Source: Paraphysomonas bandaiensis (taxonomy: Eukaryota > Protista > Chrysophyceae). Taken from it: DNA of 64,000 nucleotides. The stretch's first letter is position 1. Each line of letters begins with the position of its first letter. The position numbers were made by a program, and so were the translations under genes. The stretch is from assembly GCA_965644295.1 (NCBI GenBank), contig CBFFRP010000198.1, positions 6,568-70,567 of the forward strand. Direction: 5' to 3'. Below are positions 58,345 through 64,000 of this stretch, in pieces. The notes below the pieces were generated by a model. It was not told where the DNA came from. It did no database searches and saw only the letters and a program-made list of their open reading frames with translations.

Positions 58345-61074
58345 TCAAAGGTACCTCCCTTCTCCCTTCACTGGTTCGAGGAAGACATGTTTTGTAAACA
58401 GATTTACCACCACGTTAATATGCGTGTAGCCTTCTTTACCGTGGGGTGTAATTTCCACTGCATCGATACCGATGGCACTACGAGCTGAAGGTGGTTTTAA
58501 ACTGCGAGGTATAGCTATCAAAGCTTCTTGCATTCCGAGTCGTGTCTTAGCACAGTTGGGACATTTATTGATCATCTCGGTGACTTCTTCAAAAGATATC
58601 CTGTGTCCCGGGCATTTCTTATTCAATTTTACCCACGTGGCATAAGCTCCTTTGTGACCTTGTCTGGCATTATGAACTGCTTGAAAACATTCCTCTTTGG
58701 ATAAATACAACGGTTCCAACTCTTCTTCCTTGTCATCCGGATCCATAAAATTGTTAAGATAGATGTCTAAGTTGCCCAACATAGTTTCATCAATGTATTC
58801 CTCAATGTCCATATCAGGAAATATACCAGCCAAATGTTGCAACTTATGTGCTCTGGAGAGCCAATCTGCTAACCAATTTTGAGAACCTGGAATGTGCCGA
58901 ATCATAAAGTTAAACGATTGCAGGTATATACGCCATCTCACAATTTTCGGTACTTCAGATGCCTCCATCCACACTAAATTGTTATGATCGGTCTCAATAA
59001 TAAACTCCTTGCCCACTAAATAATATGCGAGGTTTCTGACAGCATAATAGATACCGTAGCCTTCCTGCTCTATCGTAGCCCATCGTTGTGCTTGCGTTGA
59101 GAATTTTTTCGATATAAATGCTATTGGTTGTAACTGAACAGTACCATCCTCTAAAATTTTCTTCTGTAATAATACTGCTCCTACTCCTAGCTCGCTAGCA
59201 TCAGTTCTTAGGATCCATTCTAACGAATAGTCGGGATAAAATAACTCACAGGCATCTTGTAGACCCTTTATGAATCTTCTATACTCCTCTTCGTAATCAT
59301 GCTTCCATGTAGATTTATCCCAGTTAAAAGTTTTCTTGGTCATGTCCGGAAGATGACCTACCAAGTCAGAATATCTAGGTGTGAACCCTGAGAAGAAAAC
59401 TCCTTTTCCTAGTAAGCTTCTGGCCGTCTTAGTACTCGTAGGCATTGGAATGTTAGCCAAAGCTTCCTTCTTATCAGGACTGACCTCATACGATTTGTGT
59501 CTGCACACGTAGCCAAAGAAATTCACTTCCCGGAATCCCAGCCAACTCTTAGGCATTTTGAGTTTTACATTACGTTCAATACACCGGTCAATTATCATTT
59601 CGAACTTCTTATAAGCGTCTGTGGCATCCTCCGCTAAGATTAACATATTATCAAAAATTACGATGGCCCAGTCGCTGAAGTCTGAAAACAAATCTCTTAC
59701 AACTTCTTGAAGAATTCCAGTGGCAGGTGCGATGCCTTCGGGCATAAACTTCGGAGCGAACTGTCCCCATGGTGTTTGAATAGATAATCTCTCCGATGTT
59801 TCTTCATGCAATGCTACTTGATGGAACGCATTTGTTAAATCAATATCCATGTATAACGGGAAATTTGTAATCTTTTGAATTTCATGTCGCACATTTGGGA
59901 TTGTGTGGTTGCCAACTTCCATATGCTTGTTTATCTGGACGTAGTCCCCACAGAATCTTATGTAGGGTGGCGTAGCCTTTGGTGCAACTACTAAACATGA
60001 TGCCCATGGCGATCTACTTTTACCATAGAAACAACCACATAGTCTATGAAATTCCTTCTCCGACGCTTCCCAAAGTTTCGGGTTGATAGGTCTCGCCTTC
60101 GGCTTCATACGTTCCGGTAAACTCTCTTTCCATTTTAAACGTAACGGCTCTATTCCTTTTATACCGCTCCATTCCTCTGGAACAAAAACTTTCTCCGCTT
60201 TACCTTTTAATAACGCTACTATATCCGTGTTTGTCCTAAGTTCCTCACTGACATGTTTGTCAATAAGGTCGTGATAATCCTGCACGGCTTCTTGCCGTGG
60301 CTTTCCCAAAAACGTTAACGCATCTCCAAAGTTCACCGGCAATTCTACTTCAGCTTCTTCAGGTGCTTCATCATCATTCGATTTTAACCATGGTTTAACC
60401 AAACTACCTTTTGTGACAGAATTTAATCTTCTCTGTTCAAGATCATTCGTATTTTGCATCTCATCTATCTGGTTCAGCTCCACTTCATAACCACCACTAT
60501 CCTTTAGCTCCTGATTGGCTTCTCTGAGCATCTGATCCATGAATGGGTATAATTTTCCTGTGAGAGCAGGTAAACCTAATATAATATCCTGACTCTTCAT
60601 GTCTAAGACGAAAAATTCACCAGTGTAAGTATGGGTCCTGGCTCTCTTGTCTTCAACTTTCAAATTTAACTTCACTGCCTCCTTCAAAGGTTTCACTGTT
60701 CGACTGTCCGCCAATATGACTCTGCACTTGGTCTTCATAATATCTTTGTCATCTAATCTACTTCGTATTCTTTTGATTAAATCAGCACTAACATAATTTG
60801 CTGACAAGGCTCCCGTATCACATAATATATATACTAATTCTTCAATGTCCATTTTTCTGTTTAGCACTACTCTTCCTACCGTGTGACTACTGGACAGAAT
60901 TTTCTTATCTGGATAACTGGCGTATAAAACCGAAGACCTATTGTCTTCTTGCTTCAGTCTACGTAAATCAAAATCCTGTGAAAGCGTTCTCCTCTTATCA
61001 TCTTCACTCTCGCAAGATTCTTCATGCTCGACTTTTTGCCTACTATGTACATATTCAGTGTCTCTACTTCCTAG
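58345..61074 (-). CDS. pol: Ty3/Gypsy Pol (protease-RT-RNase H-integrase), truncated in integrase core
   Basis: LCDTGA; SPWAS..VAPK..RFCGDY; DLTNAFHQ; MPEG; IFDN; TDAS..EQE..TDH; H..H..CPNC; IGIDAV. Frame is open from 61074, directly after the gag stop. Confidence 0.93.
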   Translation of the reverse strand, partial: LGSRDTEYVHSRQKVEHEESCESEDDKRRTLSQDFDLRRLKQEDNRSSVLYASYPDKKILSSSHTVGRVVLNRKMDIEELVYILCDTGALSANYVSADLIKRIRSRLDDKDIMKTKCRVILADSRTVKPLKEAVKLNLKVEDKRARTHTYTGEFFVLDMKSQDIILGLPALTGKLYPFMDQMLREANQELKDSGGYEVELNQIDEMQNTNDLEQRRLNSVTKGSLVKPWLKSNDDEAPEEAEVELPVNFGDALTFLGKPRQEAVQDYHDLIDKHVSEELRTNTDIVALLKGKAEKVFVPEEWSGIKGIEPLRLKWKESLPERMKPKARPINPKLWEASEKEFHRLCGCFYGKSRSPWASCLVVAPKATPPYIRFCGDYVQINKHMEVGNHTIPNVRHEIQKITNFPLYMDIDLTNAFHQVALHEETSERLSIQTPWGQFAPKFMPEGIAPATGILQEVVRDLFSDFSDWAIVIFDNMLILAEDATDAYKKFEMIIDRCIERNVKLKMPKSWLGFREVNFFGYVCRHKSYEVSPDKKEALANIPMPTSTKTARSLLGKGVFFSGFTPRYSDLVGHLPDMTKKTFNWDKSTWKHDYEEEYRRFIKGLQDACELFYPDYSLEWILRTDASELGVGAVLLQKKILEDGTVQLQPIAFISKKFSTQAQRWATIEQEGYGIYYAVRNLAYYLVGKEFIIETDHNNLVWMEASEVPKIVRWRIYLQSFNFMIRHIPGSQNWLADWLSRAHKLQHLAGIFPDMDIEEYIDETMLGNLDIYLNNFMDPDDKEEELEPLYLSKEECFQAVHNARQGHKGAYATWVKLNKKCPGHRISFEEVTEMINKCPNCAKTRLGMQEALIAIPRSLKPPSARSAIGIDAVEITPHGKEGYTHINVVVNLFTKHVFLEPVKGEGRYL

Positions 61075-64000
61075 TCAAGCTCGAGTACCCGAGGGTTCTC
61101 TTCGCATGATGGAAGTTTGGGACGCAGCACCTGAGTCCGAGGTGCCTTGAACAAATTTATCAATCTTTAATTTCATTTCCTTGGCTGCTTTAACCAATTC
61201 TGGACCATGGTGCAAATACTTGCAGTTGTCTCTCTTGCAAGTTCCCGTGAGTATCTTCTGTAAGCATCCATACTTCTTGTCCGAGTTGTTAGGTGGTCCC
61301 ACCGCATGTAGATGTTCAGGAATCTCATCTTCCTCCTCATCTGACTCATTTAGATCAATACTCAAAGAAGCATCTGGTTTTAAATCTGCAGAAATTGCCA
61401 CGGTAGGTGCTGCTGGTTCTGGTAAATAATTCCTCCAGTCATCTTCTTCAACTGGTGATTGCTCCGCATCACTGTCTGGAATTTCATACGCTCCTTCCTC
61501 GATGGCATTCAGAGGTTTCAAGACGCGTGGTTTTGAAAATATCTTCTTCTCATTCGCTTTTTTTCTCTGTAGACTCTCAACCTCTCCTTGTGCTCGGTTA
61601 AACATTTGTAGGGGATTTCCTTAACAGCTACACTCAACTGATACTCATCAGAAATAATTTCGGTGTACTGATCAAAGAATTCCTGCATGTTCTTAAACTT
61701 AGTTTCTGTCATGCAACTCCATACATGTTCGAAGTACTCTGCATCATTACACGTTTTGAAAAGCCGAATAAGTCCTCCTGGCTTGTCATCAATTCTCGGG
61801 CACCAGTCCTTGTTGCCCTCCAACATAATGTTAAGCATTCTTCCGAACTCCGATATCAATTTTAGCTGTTGATGGTAGAATGTCTCGTGGTTCACGGGAG
61901 ACACAACAGCCCATCCCATGACTCTGGAGTGCCGCAGGGCTTCCTCTAATTCCTTGTAAAACGCTGGTCTAGAAAACACTTTGGTCTCGTTGGCTATCAC
62001 TCTAATAAGATCTGTAATACCAAGCGATCCCAGTTGTCCCTGCGTCAACTGGTATTTGGAACGCAGGTGCTCCTTGCATGCTTGAGAGAGAATTTTCTGA
62101 ACTCTGACCTTCGTGTTCTCTTCCTCCTGAAAATTCATGATTGCTTTGATAGCTTTCGTCACCTTCGATAACTGGAAACTATCTATTCTGACATTGCACT
62201 CTTTAGCCTGTCGCATCACCACTTCTCCACTCGAGGCTACCTGTCTCTCGCTGCTGGCAATCTCTCTGAATATAGAACCTTTGACTGACTTTACATCGAA
62301 TGGATCTGATTCATCGTTGGTTGAAGTTCGCGTTGGAATAATTGCGTCGATAGACTGCCTTCTAGACGCTTGAGCAATCTCATGTAACACGGAAGGTCTG
62401 CCCTTCTTCTGCTTCTCAGCAGGTCCTTGTTTCGACTTTGCCTCTTCTACGGCTTCTTCCTGGCTAAGTTCACTGGCAGGTGCTGGTGAATTTCTAGGAG
62501 GAGATGGTTCCGGAAATGAATAAGTCCCTTCCAGGACAGCTACTCTTACTCTCAATTCCTTGAGCTCATCGCTGACCTCAGCTACGTCGTGCTTGAGCCC
62601 AGCTACGTCATCTTTTACCCCAGCTACTGTCTCAGTTAGAGTATTTACCGCGCCTGTAATTTGCTCTACGAATCCCTGCATTAGACGCTGCAGGTCTGTG
62701 GCTTCGTCTTGATTGACATCCATTACTGTCTATATGCTAAGACAATTGTATCTTACTATCAGACTAGCTACTGGTGGTTGTCTTTGTCCTATGTGAATGC
62801 TAAGCTCTCTGTAACAAATCTACTGTCTTGACGTGCTTGTCCGCAGGCACAGTACAAGATGAGATATTGTTGCTTCAAACTTCGCTCCCACAATGGTCAA
62901 TGACTTCCAATGTAGATGATAATTATCTATTACACTACTACGCAATATAAAAGGCCTTGTGGGACTAAAAGTAATATTACTGTACACAAACCAGACTTGC
63001 TGGTTTGCTCCCAACAAAATGTATAATAAGGTATGAGTAAACACTTATTATTACTGTTAAATCACCTAACACGGTCAACGATATCCGCTAGATAACGCCG
63101 CGCAGTATTCCCTCTAAGAATAAAGGTCGCTGTTAAGACAGTGTCAAGTAACTTAAAACAATGACATGCAAGGAATAACATATAGAATGGTACGCATCTA
63201 CAGAATGAACCAAGTTCATTTTATATCACACACACCACACCGCATGCATTCTTGCATACACCGTGTATACCACACGTATTATGACAATAAAACAAAACTG
63301 AATAACAGCGTATGAAACTGAATAACTGCCATAAACTAGCATAAAACTGAAATAAAACCATAGTGATAAAACTGAAAAACAGCTAACTAAAATGAGTAAC
63401 GTGATACCGTATTCGCTGATAGTCTACTGCTCTTATCATACTCCCTAAACTCATATAAAACTTATTGCATCTTTACTCTCTCCATATATTCCTCTTTAAG
63501 CCACACGCTTGCCATAATAGCCACCCACTATGCCTGCTTAGCAGCATCACCATGCATAGCGTCTATAGTATGCTCTTGAATGGTCCTAACTCCTGCTCAT
63601 CTCCACATCCAGAGCACCATCATGAAAATGCAGCTCACAGAGGTATTGGGCTGTGTACATCCATAGTTCTGCACTTAACTTGAGACATTTATGTTCAGGA
63701 TGTACTAGCAACATCTGAAGATCCCTTCTTATGCTGTTCTGAGGATGATGCAGAGAGAATTGTGTGTACATCACGTTGATGCTACCTAAGTCTCTCTCCA
63801 TTGCCCTTATTGCTTCTACGTCGTAAAACAACAGGTGCAGTCGGCTGGCTTCACATGTATTGCAAGTAGTAGAGATACTGGGTAACGTGTTTTGAGTGTT
63901 GTGATATTAATAACTGCCTAGAGTAGCCGCAAGTATGCACTTCAGTGTGAATGGCTTGTTGTAATTCCGTGACTCGTGGCTAGATGTTTGCACTTCCTTC
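58364..64000 (-). mobile_element. Gypsy LTR retrotransposon, 3'-truncated; 5' LTR/PBS not identified within window
   Basis: gag-pol order PR-RT-RH-IN; >1.2 kb non-coding sequence upstream of gag whose membership is assumed. Confidence 0.75.
61075..62723 (-). CDS. gag: Gypsy Gag-like protein (coiled coil, helical core, CCCH finger), two ORFs joined by a -1 shift at ~61560
   Basis: ORFs 62723-61518 and 61605-61075 directly upstream of pol; heptad repeats VAGVKDDVAGLKHDVAEV; C-x8-C-x4-C-x3-H. Confidence 0.8.

Noticed and set aside
1-64000. tRNA, rRNA or other RNA genes
   Set aside because: None recognised by eye; tRNAscan-SE/Infernal would be needed to exclude them.

Overview
Eukaryotic nuclear DNA, AT-rich, with short (mostly ~45-70 bp) GT-AG introns. 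Gene and transposon style suggests a stramenopile protist (inference only). Host genes reconstructed by hand-splicing: two multi-PX-domain proteins (one ending in CaaX), a J-protein with a Jjj1/DNAJC21-like N-half and zuotin/DNAJC2-like C-half, a methyltransferase-like gene, a USP32-like deubiquitinase and AP-1 sigma. Intronless genes: a 7TM GPCR-like gene, an F-box plus 29-aa ankyrin-like repeat protein, a 1114-aa class-3 lipase/P-loop GTPase fusion, an orphan multi-pass membrane protein and two small ORFs. Roughly half the window is transposon-derived: nested hATs with 8-bp TSDs, a MULE split by a solo LTR, Copia remnants, a complete non-autonomous LTR element, piggyBac, PIF/Harbinger and a Gypsy. 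Most unusual signals: (1) a Gypsy whose gag and pol are in frame across a single UGA in the CUAG readthrough context, with an IFDN (not YxDD) RT active site and a CCCH finger in Gag; (2) a ~2.2-kb TATT...AATA LTR family carrying an antisense 442-aa ORF with a gap-free, ~24%-diverged cassette; (3) the lipase-GTPase fusion; (4) a recurring upstream-of-gene architecture (a ~150-bp dispersed repeat, (TACA)n arrays, AT-rich 5' coding ends). No database searches were run; coordinates were counted by hand and may be off by a few bases.
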